This document shows, piece by piece, positions 39,155-48,229 of a stretch of DNA of 64,000 nucleotides. The position numbers and the translations under genes were made by a program. Positions within the stretch are counted from its first letter, which is position 1; every line of letters begins with the position of its first letter. Origin of the DNA: a virus; the IMG/VR virus record IMGVR_UViG_3300032323_002779, positions 1 to 64,000 of that record. The stretch is one strand, 5' to 3'. The notes under the pieces were generated by a model that had not been told where the DNA came from, searched no databases, and worked only from the letters and a program-made list of their open reading frames with translations.

Positions 39155-39286
39155 ATGAAAAAAGAGTATGTTATTGGAGGTTTGGCATTAGTAGGCGTTA
39201 TTGCCTTGTTTGCTTGGTACAGTAAGCCGAAAAAGAACAAAGAGGGGTTTTATAGCGCAAGTGGTTGCGGTTGTGGAGCAAAATAA
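39155..39286 (+). CDS. MKKEY-family membrane peptide (43 aa, not in track)
   Basis: MKKEYVIGGLALVGVIALFAWYSKPKKNKEGFYSASGCGCGAK. Confidence 0.75.
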   Translation: MKKEYVIGGLALVGVIALFAWYSKPKKNKEGFYSASGCGCGAK

Positions 39287-39304
39287 TCATTAAAATCGAA
39301 TAAA

Positions 39305-39436
39305 ATGAAAAAAGAGTATATCATCGGAGGTTTAGCATTAGTTGGCATTATTGCCTTGTTTGCTTTTTATACAAAACCAAAAAAGAACAAAGACGGGTTT
39401 TATAGCGCAAGTGGTTGCGGTTATGGAGCAAAATAA
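39305..39436 (+). CDS. MKKEY-family membrane peptide, tandem duplicate (43 aa)
   Basis: MKKEYIIGGLALVGIIALFAFYTKPKKNKDGFYSASGCGYGAK. Confidence 0.75.
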   Translation: MKKEYIIGGLALVGIIALFAFYTKPKKNKDGFYSASGCGYGAK

Positions 39437-39729
39437 TGGCTTATAAAATTTTACCATATTCAAAAGCACAGGCGAACAAGTTGGGGGTTGAAATAAAACC
39501 CTCAACGAATTCGCTAAAAAAAATTGATGTTTTTAAGAATGGTAAAAAAGTCGCTACAATAGGGGCTTTGGGTATGAATGATTATCCAACCTATTTAGAG
39601 AAAGAAAAAAAAGGATATTTCCCAAAAGGGTATGCCAAAGAAAGACGCAGGTTGTATAAACAACGCCACGAAAAAGACCGTCATAAAAGAGGGACAAATG
39701 GTTGGTATGCAGACAAAATATTGTGGTAA
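39436..39729 (+). CDS. Small basic protein (DUF5754-like)
   Basis: KKIDVF...IGALGMNDYPTY...RRRLYKQRH...WYADKILW; TAATG start at 39436. Confidence 0.65.
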   Translation: MAYKILPYSKAQANKLGVEIKPSTNSLKKIDVFKNGKKVATIGALGMNDYPTYLEKEKKGYFPKGYAKERRRLYKQRHEKDRHKRGTNGWYADKILW

Positions 39730-40371
39730 ATGGCTTTAATATACGAAGATAAAGTACCCGCTTCTTATAGAAGTGGTTTTGTAAAAAAAGTATCTGAAAT
39801 TTCAGATAAGATAGGTATTAACCCTAATTGGTTAATGGCTATTATGTATTTTGAAAGCGCAAGAACGTTTAGTCCGTCAAAAGGCAATGATATTGGTTGT
39901 TACGGTCTTATTCAGTTTTGTCCTGATAGGGGTAAAAATTACAAAACTGTCAACGGTAAGCGATACTTAATGTCGGATATTGCTAAAATGGATTATTCCG
40001 AGCAATTAGACTTGGTTTACGAATATTACAAGCCATATACAGGAAAACTAAAAAGTTACACCGATACATATTTTGTAACATTTTTTCCTTTGGCTATCGG
40101 TAAGCCTGATGATTGGATTATTCAGGGCGGAGGTTTTACCGCAAGACAAATATACAATTCAAACCCTGCTTTTCATCAAGTAAAAGATGGTAAAATTAGG
40201 GTTTGGGAAGTAAAGAAAAAGATATTAGAAAAACTACCAAGCGAATGGGTTAATGAGGGGAGCGTTGGTTTAGCGGTTAAAGCATACAAAAATTATATTG
40301 CAGTTGGTATTTTGTCAATTGTAGCGGGGTTAACATTATTTTATTACACTTATGATAGACGCAGTAAATAA
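39730..40371 (+). CDS. Lysozyme-like/transglycosylase with C-terminal TM anchor
   Basis: WLMAIMYFES, GLIQF and EQLDLVYEY; C-terminal hydrophobic helix. Confidence 0.8.
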   Translation: MALIYEDKVPASYRSGFVKKVSEISDKIGINPNWLMAIMYFESARTFSPSKGNDIGCYGLIQFCPDRGKNYKTVNGKRYLMSDIAKMDYSEQLDLVYEYYKPYTGKLKSYTDTYFVTFFPLAIGKPDDWIIQGGGFTARQIYNSNPAFHQVKDGKIRVWEVKKKILEKLPSEWVNEGSVGLAVKAYKNYIAVGILSIVAGLTLFYYTYDRRSK

Positions 40372-40546
40372 TAGTCAAGGTGCATCTAAAAATGGTCAAA
40401 TTGACGAAAAAATACAAAAGGACGTAAATAAACAAATCCATCAACACTTATCTACAATTTTTGTAGTAGTAGGTATTGTTTCTTTTACATTAGGTGCTAT
40501 CGTAAATTGGTACACAATCAAAAGGATTAAAGCAGGTAAGTCGTAA
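40352..40546 (+). CDS. Small membrane protein
   Basis: Single C-terminal TM helix. Confidence 0.65.
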   Translation: MIDAVNNSQGASKNGQIDEKIQKDVNKQIHQHLSTIFVVVGIVSFTLGAIVNWYTIKRIKAGKS

Positions 40547-40971
40547 TGAAAATATTCGGACAGGTTTTAGATGTAGACGGTTTGCCAATGAGTTTGGCTA
40601 ACATAACTATTACAACAGGGGATAAAGCAGGAAAATTTGGCGATGAAGCCGACTTGGACGGTAACTTTGTGATAGACGATGCTTCTATTACTCCTGATTC
40701 TGAATTTAAAATTTCATACATTGGATATGTCCCTCAATTTTTCAAAGCGAGTGAACTTCAAGGTAAAAAAATAAAACTAAAGGAGGATATATTTGCTCTT
40801 GACGAAGTAATAATTACTTCGGGCGGAGGTAAGCCTAAAGGCAATTATCCTCAAGTAGTCGCCTCTAAAAAGAACAAATTCGTTCAGCACTTACAAGACC
40901 ATAAATTTATTTATGCAGGATTAGGTGGTTTAGCAGGTATATTGCTAATTGTTAGAGCGTTAAAAAAATAA
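40546..40971 (+). CDS. Carboxypeptidase-regulatory-like domain protein with C-terminal TM
   Basis: GQVLDVDGLPMSLANI...ADLDGNF...ISYIGY...LDEVII resembles the SusC N-terminal CarbopepD_reg_2 pattern. Confidence 0.75.
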   Translation: MKIFGQVLDVDGLPMSLANITITTGDKAGKFGDEADLDGNFVIDDASITPDSEFKISYIGYVPQFFKASELQGKKIKLKEDIFALDEVIITSGGGKPKGNYPQVVASKKNKFVQHLQDHKFIYAGLGGLAGILLIVRALKK

Positions 40972-40977
40972 AAATTT

Positions 40978-41322
40978 ATGGAAAAATATAAATTAAAAGA
41001 AGATATAGTTTGGGGTGTTTTACAAAATGGCGAACCAAATATAATTTTCAAAAAAGGAGATGTAATACAAGGCGTAGAAATCGAAAAATTTATTTTTAAT
41101 AAAATTACTAAAGGAGTTGAGTCAAAACCTACTGTTACAAGCGCAAAAGTAGAAACATCAGATGGTTTAGCCTTTGTTCCGTTATCAAGTATTGAAAAAA
41201 TAACTGATACTTCAATCGCAGACGTTCCACCGCAAACATTTTTACAAAAAAATAAAACCAATTTACTAATAATAGGAGTATTGGTTTTAGGATATTTAGC
41301 ATATAAAAAATTTAATAAATAA
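40978..41322 (+). CDS. SH3-like membrane-anchored protein
   Basis: KYKLKED...FKKGDVI...VPLSSIEK plus a C-terminal TM. Confidence 0.6.
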   Translation: MEKYKLKEDIVWGVLQNGEPNIIFKKGDVIQGVEIEKFIFNKITKGVESKPTVTSAKVETSDGLAFVPLSSIEKITDTSIADVPPQTFLQKNKTNLLIIGVLVLGYLAYKKFNK

Positions 41323-41328
41323 AATATT

Positions 41329-41661
41329 ATGGAAGCAGAAGTGGCAGTAGCACCCGTAGCACCCGCACCCGTAGCACCCGCACCCGTAGCACCCGCACCC
41401 GTAGCACCGACATCAGGTGGAGGCGGAGATGACGTGTTTGAAAGTATGGGGTCACAAAAACCAATGGATTTAAAAAGTTTGCTTGTGTTCGGGCTTTTGA
41501 TTGCATTTTCAATATATGGAATTACATATTATAGAAAGGCAATTGCCAAACTGAATGACGACAAAAAGCCAAACGAAGATTTCCTTAATTTGGTAGATGA
41601 CGTAGAGGAAGTGAAATACAATGTTAAAAAAGCATTGGGGAAAAGATACTCAACAACTTAA
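41329..41661 (+). CDS. Membrane protein with N-terminal PVAPA repeats
   Basis: 15-bp tandem repeats at about 41347-41410; central TM helix. Confidence 0.7.
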   Translation: MEAEVAVAPVAPAPVAPAPVAPAPVAPTSGGGGDDVFESMGSQKPMDLKSLLVFGLLIAFSIYGITYYRKAIAKLNDDKKPNEDFLNLVDDVEEVKYNVKKALGKRYSTT

Positions 41662-41670
41662 TAAGTAGTT

Positions 41671-41874
41671 ATGGCAACTGAATCAAATAACGGCAAAGCA
41701 GTTTTGTTAGCAGTCCCTTTGGGATTTGCCATCTACTCTTATTCCAAAGGTTTTAGCATCGGCAAAGGAATATTAGTAACTGTTTTGGGAAGTTTAGCAG
41801 TAGGCGTTGCGTTAGGTGTAACAACTGTTGTTTACGGCACTTATAAAATTGCCAATAAAGATTATACAAAATAA
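41671..41874 (+). CDS. Small membrane protein
   Basis: Two hydrophobic segments. Confidence 0.65.
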   Translation: MATESNNGKAVLLAVPLGFAIYSYSKGFSIGKGILVTVLGSLAVGVALGVTTVVYGTYKIANKDYTK

Positions 41875-41898
41875 ACCAAGAAATAACAACAAAGGACT

Positions 41899-42081
41899 AT
41901 GGAAAAGAGCAAAGGGTTAGGCGATACCGTAGCAAAAATTACTAAATTTACAGGAATTAAAATGATTGTAGATGCGGTAACAGAAGATTGTGGTTGCGAA
42001 GCAAGACAAGAGTGGTTAAACGGCAAAGTGCCTTATGACGGAAAGAACGTTCAGAGAATTTTGAAGTTATTTAAAAAATAA
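41899..42081 (+). CDS. Small phage protein with DCGC motif
   Basis: KSKGLGDTVAKITKFTGIK...DCGCEARQEWLN. Confidence 0.7.
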   Translation: MEKSKGLGDTVAKITKFTGIKMIVDAVTEDCGCEARQEWLNGKVPYDGKNVQRILKLFKK

Positions 42082-42095
42082 AAACTTTTAAAAAA

Positions 42096-42311
42096 GTGAA
42101 AATAAACGAAGTTAGGACAGAAACAATACAAGAATTTCAAAAAAGCCAAGCGATTAGAATTATTGATGTTTTTGTTATCGCTCCAATTTGCGTTTATGCA
42201 GGATTAAAAGGTAAAACTCTGCCAAAACTAATACAATACAGTTTGATTATTATTGGCATTTCTACTTTTTATTACAATGGGAAAAACTATTTAAAAAACA
42301 AAAAAAAATAA
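42096..42311 (+). CDS. Small two-TM membrane protein
   Basis: KSQAIRIIDVFVIAP...FYYNGKNY. Confidence 0.65.
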   Translation: MKINEVRTETIQEFQKSQAIRIIDVFVIAPICVYAGLKGKTLPKLIQYSLIIIGISTFYYNGKNYLKNKKK

Positions 42312-42322
42312 AAATAGAAATT

Positions 42323-42460
42323 ATGGCAAAAAAATTAAACGGGTATTTCAAGGCAATGTTGGAAGCCAAAAAGAGTAATAAGGCATCATTTACCTACAAC
42401 GGTAAAACGTATGTAGCATTAAAAACCAAAACAGGTATGACTGTTTACAAAGCAAAATAA
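42323..42460 (+). CDS. Small basic protein (45 aa, not in track)
   Basis: MAKKLNGYFKAMLEAKKSNKASFTYNGKTYVALKTKTGMTVYKAK. Confidence 0.7.
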   Translation: MAKKLNGYFKAMLEAKKSNKASFTYNGKTYVALKTKTGMTVYKAK

Positions 42461-42462
42461 TT

Positions 42463-42717
42463 ATGAAGACAAGAGATTTAGTATTAGTAGGAGCAGGATT
42501 GTTAGTAGGCTACCTTTTAGTGGGGTATTTGAATAAATCAAAAGACAACGCTCAAGGAACAATGGGTTCATCAGATTCAACAGTTGACCAAGCAAAAATT
42601 GACGCTTGTAATAAACAAGTAGCGGATTTTATGGCTACTGCTAAATTTGGGGCAGGTGCAGATTTAGACGCAATTAGAAAAGAGCAGTTTGATGCTTGTA
42701 TGGCGAAAACCGCTTAA
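42463..42717 (+). CDS. N-anchored membrane protein with a two-Cys C-terminal hairpin
   Basis: TM segment plus KIDAC...FDACMA; paralog of the next gene. Confidence 0.7.
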   Translation: MKTRDLVLVGAGLLVGYLLVGYLNKSKDNAQGTMGSSDSTVDQAKIDACNKQVADFMATAKFGAGADLDAIRKEQFDACMAKTA

Positions 42718-42729
42718 TTAAAAAAAAAT

Positions 42730-43059
42730 ATGAACAATAGAGAGGTAATTTTATTTGGAGTTGGTTTTTTAGTCGGGTATATGGTTATAAGAGCAACAAA
42801 AAACAATGTTGTTCTTAATCCTGCAACTCAAAGTCTTCCGAACACTTATGCTGAAACAATTCCACCTGCAACGGCAGGGACGGTGGCAGGTACTACTCAA
42901 ATTCAAGAACCTGAAATTGTGGAAACATTAGAAGACCCTAAAATCGCAGATTGTAAAGAAAAATGGATTAAATTCGCAGAAACAAGAAAATTTGCTTCTG
43001 CGGAACAAGAACAAGCGACATACGATAACTTTATGACAAGTTGCGTAGCGCAATCTTAA
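42730..43059 (+). CDS. N-anchored membrane protein, paralog of 42463
   Basis: TM segment plus KIADC...MTSCVA. Confidence 0.7.
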   Translation: MNNREVILFGVGFLVGYMVIRATKNNVVLNPATQSLPNTYAETIPPATAGTVAGTTQIQEPEIVETLEDPKIADCKEKWIKFAETRKFASAEQEQATYDNFMTSCVAQS

Positions 43060-43069
43060 AAAAACGTAT

Positions 43070-43714
43070 ATGGAGTTTAATGATTTGACATACGGAAATC
43101 CTACTCACGACCAATTACAGTTCGTCAAAGAGGCTTGTTTGGTCGATAATCTATTTGAAACTTTTAAGGATTCGGTTATACCTAAAAATGATTCGGAATT
43201 AGTTAAAGAAGAACTTAACGAAATTGCTGACTGTTTAGCGGTTATTTCTCAACCTGAAAACCAAAATTACCTCAAAAGATATTTGGCTTACGACAGGAAT
43301 TTAATTCAAGCGTTGTCAAGTATTTTTAAGCAAAAAGATATTGAGGTTGAGGAACTAATCACGGAGGTTGTAAAGGATATTCAGAATTTGATTTACAAAT
43401 TAAAGTTTCACTTTCAAAGACCAAGACCTTTTCAATTGGCGCAGTATTACAAACTCAAACTTTTTCCTTATAAAAGTTTCTCTGCTCATACACCGTCATA
43501 CCCGTCAGGGCATACGATTCAAGCAATTGTAATACTTAATGTCATCGGAAATAAATATCCAACAGAATACCAATATTGCAAAGAATTAATAGAAGATATT
43601 ATTTATAGCAGGGTGTATTTAGGGCATCATTTCCCAAGCGATAATGACGGCGGAAGAGAAATAGGCAAGGCGATATTAAAAGACCCTGAATTTACCAAGA
43701 AATACGGAATTTAA
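43070..43714 (+). CDS. PAP2/haloperoxidase-superfamily phosphatase
   Basis: KFHFQRPRP, PSYPSGH and SRVYLGHHFPSD. Confidence 0.9.
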   Translation: MEFNDLTYGNPTHDQLQFVKEACLVDNLFETFKDSVIPKNDSELVKEELNEIADCLAVISQPENQNYLKRYLAYDRNLIQALSSIFKQKDIEVEELITEVVKDIQNLIYKLKFHFQRPRPFQLAQYYKLKLFPYKSFSAHTPSYPSGHTIQAIVILNVIGNKYPTEYQYCKELIEDIIYSRVYLGHHFPSDNDGGREIGKAILKDPEFTKKYGI

Positions 43715-43737
43715 CAACCAAGAACAAAACAACAACA

Positions 43738-44124
43738 ATGAAACACGAGGAATATGAATTACAAAAATCGGTAGCCCGTTATTTATCTTACCAATATCCT
43801 GACGTTGATTTTTTATCAGATACAATCGCATCTATAAAACTAACGGAAAGACAGGCGGGGAGAAATAAACTCATTCAAAAGAACGGGTTTAAATGTCCTG
43901 ATGTTTTAATTCTTGAACCACGAAAAAACTACTGTGGCTTATTTATAGAACTTAAAACAGAAAGCCCTTTTAAAAAAGACGGCACAATTAAGGCTTCTCA
44001 AAAAGACCACTTAAAATTACAACACGAATCTTTGCAAAGACTATCTTCAAAAGGTTATTGCGCAGAATTTTCGTGGAGTTTTGATATGACCAAAAAAATT
44101 ATTGACGAATACTTAACAGATTAG
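43738..44124 (+). CDS. VRR-NUC-like PD-(D/E)xK nuclease
   Basis: EYELQ...CPDVLI...GLFIELK...Q. Confidence 0.8.
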   Translation: MKHEEYELQKSVARYLSYQYPDVDFLSDTIASIKLTERQAGRNKLIQKNGFKCPDVLILEPRKNYCGLFIELKTESPFKKDGTIKASQKDHLKLQHESLQRLSSKGYCAEFSWSFDMTKKIIDEYLTD

Positions 44125-44126
44125 AT

Positions 44127-44570
44127 ATGAAACAGGAAACTGACAACGTGTCTATGGTCTTTAAGGAATTAGATAAGACGATACAGATTATTGGTGCTGA
44201 AAAACTAATTGAAATTTTGAAGTACTCAAGAAAAAATCCCCCAACACTAAATCAAGAGCAAATTGAAAAAGCGTTGAAATTAGTTCAGGTGGTGTGTGAT
44301 GAATTTAAAATTTCTTTGGACGACATTTTCGATATGAAGCGAAAAAACAACCGAAGAATTTCAATAGGCATTTGCGCCTTTGTAATACAGAAACAATTGA
44401 ATCTTGACAACTCCAACATATCCTATATTTTGAAGAAATCAGATACTTTAGTATCTTTGTATAAGCAAGAAATTTTACGTTTAAATTCAAACCACCCGTC
44501 AGATAGACAAATATTAGAAAAAATTGACAACATTAATGCTAACATAGATAAATTATTTAAAAATGGTTAA
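44127..44570 (+). CDS. DnaA-domain-IV-like HTH protein
   Basis: VCDEFKISLDDIF...R...ICAFVIQKQLNL...ISYILKK pattern. Confidence 0.5.
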   Translation: MKQETDNVSMVFKELDKTIQIIGAEKLIEILKYSRKNPPTLNQEQIEKALKLVQVVCDEFKISLDDIFDMKRKNNRRISIGICAFVIQKQLNLDNSNISYILKKSDTLVSLYKQEILRLNSNHPSDRQILEKIDNINANIDKLFKNG

Positions 44571-45657
44571 CCAAGAAAACTTTGAAACAATTGAGGACGC
44601 ACAAATTATTAATGATGATTTTTCTCCTTTAGACGCACCTGTAAAACAAAGGTCGTACACACAACACAAAATGGACGATGCTCAATATATGGGCGAATTA
44701 GAAGAGCCGTCTTTTGAAAGACCGAGTTTTGCCGACCTTGATGGTAGTGCTGAAGAAGAAGCCTCTGAACCCGAAAGACCATTCAACCCGTCTTACAACG
44801 AGTTAGACGGTAAAGAGAAAACTATGGGGGCAGAAATGATGGCTGAAATGACTTTAGACATCTACGAGAAAGGTTGCTTCTATTTAGGTAAAATCCCTGA
44901 AATAAGTGAGGGTAAAATCGATAAGTTAATTGCGGAGGGGGAAATAGACCCGTCAATCCAACTTCAAACTGAAGCAGGAGCAATGCCAATCAAAGAATTT
45001 GCAGTAGAATTTAACGACAGTATAAAAGAAGCGTTTCTTGTAAGTGATGAATTTAAAGAAAAGGTAAAACCGCCTTTAATTCGTGTGTTCAAAAAGCGTG
45101 GTATCGGAATGACTGACGAACAGTTGTTGGCATACTACTTTGTTACGGATTTAGGCGCAAAGGGCGCACAAGCATTTATGTTGCGTAAAACAACAAATAG
45201 CATTATAGATTCTTTAAGAGAGAACACTATGGCTATGAGAGAAAACCAAATGAATAGCGAAAGACCTCAACCACAGGGTCAGCCTCAACAACAATATCAG
45301 GAAAGACCTCCTGTTTATTCAGAACCGTCAACAGATGACGTTTCCTACACAGATAATATAGCGGAAGTTGTAGAAGAACCTGTAAGCAGAACTCGAAGAA
45401 GACCACAAAGAAGTGAACCTAAAACTAATTTAGACGAACAGTTGGCTTATTTTGAACCTGAAGAACAAGGCGTTTATAGCAACCTTAAAGATAATGGAGG
45501 CTTTACAGATGACTTTACAGACGTAGCAGGTATGCCAAAGTTCGGCGACCCTACAATTCTTTCGGAATTAGAAAGATTAAGTGGCAACGAGCCGACCAAG
45601 CCTGTGAGAAAGAGAAGAACTACCGCAGTAAAAAAACCAAGAGGAGGTAAAAAATAA
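44563..45657 (+). CDS. Acidic, partly disordered protein upstream of the packaging ATPase
   Basis: 364 aa, D/E/P-rich, with a basic tail. Confidence 0.7.
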   Translation: MVNQENFETIEDAQIINDDFSPLDAPVKQRSYTQHKMDDAQYMGELEEPSFERPSFADLDGSAEEEASEPERPFNPSYNELDGKEKTMGAEMMAEMTLDIYEKGCFYLGKIPEISEGKIDKLIAEGEIDPSIQLQTEAGAMPIKEFAVEFNDSIKEAFLVSDEFKEKVKPPLIRVFKKRGIGMTDEQLLAYYFVTDLGAKGAQAFMLRKTTNSIIDSLRENTMAMRENQMNSERPQPQGQPQQQYQERPPVYSEPSTDDVSYTDNIAEVVEEPVSRTRRRPQRSEPKTNLDEQLAYFEPEEQGVYSNLKDNGGFTDDFTDVAGMPKFGDPTILSELERLSGNEPTKPVRKRRTTAVKKPRGGKK

Positions 45658-45659
45658 TT

Positions 45660-45776
45660 ATGGCTACCAATTTGACGAATAATAAAAACAACAATAACAA
45701 CTCTTTGTGGGTTGTTTTGTTGGTATTCGTGATTTGGTTTATTGTATTTATTTTTAAACTAAAACAACAAATGTAA
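45660..45776 (+). CDS. 38-aa membrane peptide (not in track)
   Basis: MATNLTNNKNNNNNSLWVVLLVFVIWFIVFIFKLKQQM; fills the gap before the ATPase. Confidence 0.55.
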   Translation: MATNLTNNKNNNNNSLWVVLLVFVIWFIVFIFKLKQQM

Positions 45777-45777
45777 T

Positions 45778-46593
45778 ATGGAGATTAGAGAACCAAAATT
45801 AGGAGTTGCGGTAGGTAGGAAAGGTTGCGGAAAGACCTACACTACTACTAAAATGATTAAACAATACGTTTTAGGAAATCCCTCAAGAGGTGTTCCTGCA
45901 AGACGTGCATTAATTCTTGATGTTAATGATGAATTTGAAGACATTAAAGCATTAAAACAATCGGACATAGTTAGATTTTCGGCGCACCCTAAAATTGAAG
46001 CGAGAAGAATTAGACCGTTTCACGACAACGGTGTTAGAATGACTTTAAGAGAAATACAAGAAGTACTATTTAAAATATTAAACGATTACAGGGGTGGATT
46101 ATTACTTATCGAAGACATTAACCGCTACGTTAGTGACTACTTACCGAATGACCTTGTTGGTGCAATCTGTACTAACAGACACACGGACACAGACATTATT
46201 CTTCACTTTCAGTCCATAGGGCGTATTTCGCCTAAAATTTGGCAGAATTTGAATTGGATTAGATTTCATAAAATCACAGATGATGTAATCAAGCACAGGA
46301 ATAAGTTTGAGGAAAAATTAGAGTTACTGCTATTGGTTGAGGCATACATCAACACACAATACGAAGAGGGCGATAAAAGGGTTTTTACCTACGTTGATAT
46401 TGATGACGAAAAGGTTTTGGTAAAAGACAAGGCGAGGTTTCAAAAAATAATTGAAAACTACCTTATTGCCAATCAAAAGAAATTATTAGTACCTTTAACG
46501 GTTAAAAATCCGCTTATCTCTGCGAAGCCTATGACGCTTGAGGGTGCTTTAAAACACAAAACACAATTGCTTATGAAGCAATATGTCGGATAA
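45778..46593 (+). CDS. Stand-alone FtsK-HerA/A32-like P-loop ATPase, probable genome-packaging ATPase
   Basis: GRKGCGKT near the N-terminus, LLLIED Walker B, TNRH arginine finger and ILHFQ; 271 aa with no nuclease domain. Confidence 0.75.
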   Translation: MEIREPKLGVAVGRKGCGKTYTTTKMIKQYVLGNPSRGVPARRALILDVNDEFEDIKALKQSDIVRFSAHPKIEARRIRPFHDNGVRMTLREIQEVLFKILNDYRGGLLLIEDINRYVSDYLPNDLVGAICTNRHTDTDIILHFQSIGRISPKIWQNLNWIRFHKITDDVIKHRNKFEEKLELLLLVEAYINTQYEEGDKRVFTYVDIDDEKVLVKDKARFQKIIENYLIANQKKLLVPLTVKNPLISAKPMTLEGALKHKTQLLMKQYVG

Positions 46594-46618
46594 ACATTAA
46601 CCATTAAATTAACAGACT

Positions 46619-46981
46619 ATGAGAAAGTTTTTAGTTAAAAATTTTGTGCTTGACTACCAAATCAAGTTATTTGGAAAATGCTACAACGCTCCGAGAGCAA
46701 GTAGAATAATTTTTCCGCTTTTTGTAATTACGGGAACGGCAAACGCTTTAAACGACAACTTTCCTACGCCAACAACCTTAATATGGGTTTTATATGCTCT
46801 AACTGTTTTGGCTTTGTTTTTCGGGTTTGTTTATTTCCATATTTATCCTGTAAAATTTTCAGAACTTGACAATTATCAAAAATTGCTTTACGGTTTTGTT
46901 GCTTTTGAACGGCTTACAAAAGACGAAATCAAAGAATGGGAAGAAATAAGAAAAGAATACGAATTAACGACTAATTGTTAA
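46619..46981 (+). CDS. Two-TM membrane protein
   Basis: Two hydrophobic segments. Confidence 0.65.
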   Translation: MRKFLVKNFVLDYQIKLFGKCYNAPRASRIIFPLFVITGTANALNDNFPTPTTLIWVLYALTVLALFFGFVYFHIYPVKFSELDNYQKLLYGFVAFERLTKDEIKEWEEIRKEYELTTNC

Positions 46982-47062
46982 TATTTTTTTTATTTTTGAA
47001 AAATAATATTTCCAAACCAAGAAACTTTAATTAACTGAATATTAATCAATAAAATTAAAGTT

Positions 47063-47338
47063 ATGGAAAAAAATAAACAAGAAAGATGGTTTTTGACAAA
47101 GTTTTTTTGTGAAAAATCAGAGCCAAGTTCCAAAAGACTTGTTGGTATAGTTGGGGCTTTTACATTATTCGCAACACTTTTTGCAAATAGTTTTACTCAC
47201 GTTGATAATGCGCCAAGCGACACTTTAGTTCAAGCAGTCGCATTTTTATCTTTTGGAGCATTAGGTATTACAGGTTTTGAAAGGATATTTTCAAAAAAAG
47301 AGCCTGTTTCTAAAAACGAAGAAAACTCTCCTGAATAA
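47063..47338 (+). CDS. Putative holin
   Basis: SSKRLVG plus two TMs and a charged C-terminal tail, directly upstream of the endolysin. Confidence 0.6.
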   Translation: MEKNKQERWFLTKFFCEKSEPSSKRLVGIVGAFTLFATLFANSFTHVDNAPSDTLVQAVAFLSFGALGITGFERIFSKKEPVSKNEENSPE

Positions 47339-47366
47339 TAAAAAAAACAACTAAAAAATAAAAATT

Positions 47367-47831
47367 ATGAAATTATCAGAGCATTTATCATTGTCAGAAG
47401 TTACTCGAAGCGATATGGCAAAAAGAAAGGGCATTAGCAATATGCCGACACCTGAACACATTGAGAACTTTAAAAAATTGGCAGAAAATATTTTTGAGCC
47501 AATTCGTAAACATTTTGGAGTTCCAATATTTGTATCGTCAGGGTACAGAAGCAAGGCACTCAATACTGCTATCGGCGGAAGTTTGTCAAGCCAACATTGT
47601 CAGGGCGAAGCAATTGACATCGATATGGACGGTAGCGCAAATGGAGTTACAAACAAAATGGTTTTTGATTACATCAAAGCCCATTTAAACTTTGACCAAT
47701 TAATTTGGGAGTTTGGAACTAAAGACAATCCTGATTGGGTACACGTTTCTTACGAATCCACAGGAAAGCAACGTAAACAAGTTTTAAGAGCAATAAAAAG
47801 CGGAGGAAAAACTACTTATCAGCCTTATTAG
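47367..47831 (+). CDS. Endolysin, peptidase M15 family
   Basis: SSGYRS, SQHCQGEAIDID and WVHVSY Zn-binding motifs. Confidence 0.9.
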   Translation: MKLSEHLSLSEVTRSDMAKRKGISNMPTPEHIENFKKLAENIFEPIRKHFGVPIFVSSGYRSKALNTAIGGSLSSQHCQGEAIDIDMDGSANGVTNKMVFDYIKAHLNFDQLIWEFGTKDNPDWVHVSYESTGKQRKQVLRAIKSGGKTTYQPY

Positions 47832-47833
47832 TA

Positions 47834-48229
47834 ATGGAAAACGTAAAAAACGTCCTGTCAAATAAGATGACATTATTAATGATAATGATTTGTCTTGTTT
47901 TTTGCTTTCAAGTATTCAACTTGTTTAGTAACGGTACTGAATCTGTAAAGGTAGATTATATCAAAAAGGAAATAAACGGCTTAAAAGATGACGTAAACGA
48001 AATCCATAAGTCGGAAAAGGCTTTAGACAAAAAAATAGATACTTTTAATTATCAAATTAAAAACATACACGAAGCAGTTACCATAAATAACACGAAAATT
48101 GAAAACCTTAAAAAATATGAAAAAGTTCAAAATGATAAGTTTAAGTCTTATGATGCTCGTATGTGGGAGAAGTATTTCGCAGACCGTTACGCCTCAAAAA
48201 TTACCAACTCCACAGAAACAAGAGAATAG
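47834..48229 (+). CDS. Putative i-spanin-like protein
   Basis: N-terminal TM plus coiled coil, following the endolysin. Confidence 0.55.
   Translation: MENVKNVLSNKMTLLMIMICLVFCFQVFNLFSNGTESVKVDYIKKEINGLKDDVNEIHKSEKALDKKIDTFNYQIKNIHEAVTINNTKIENLKKYEKVQNDKFKSYDARMWEKYFADRYASKITNSTETRE

Noticed and set aside
45778-46593. Terminase large subunit
   Set aside because: The protein is too short, has no nuclease domain, and its motif order fits the FtsK-HerA/A32 type.
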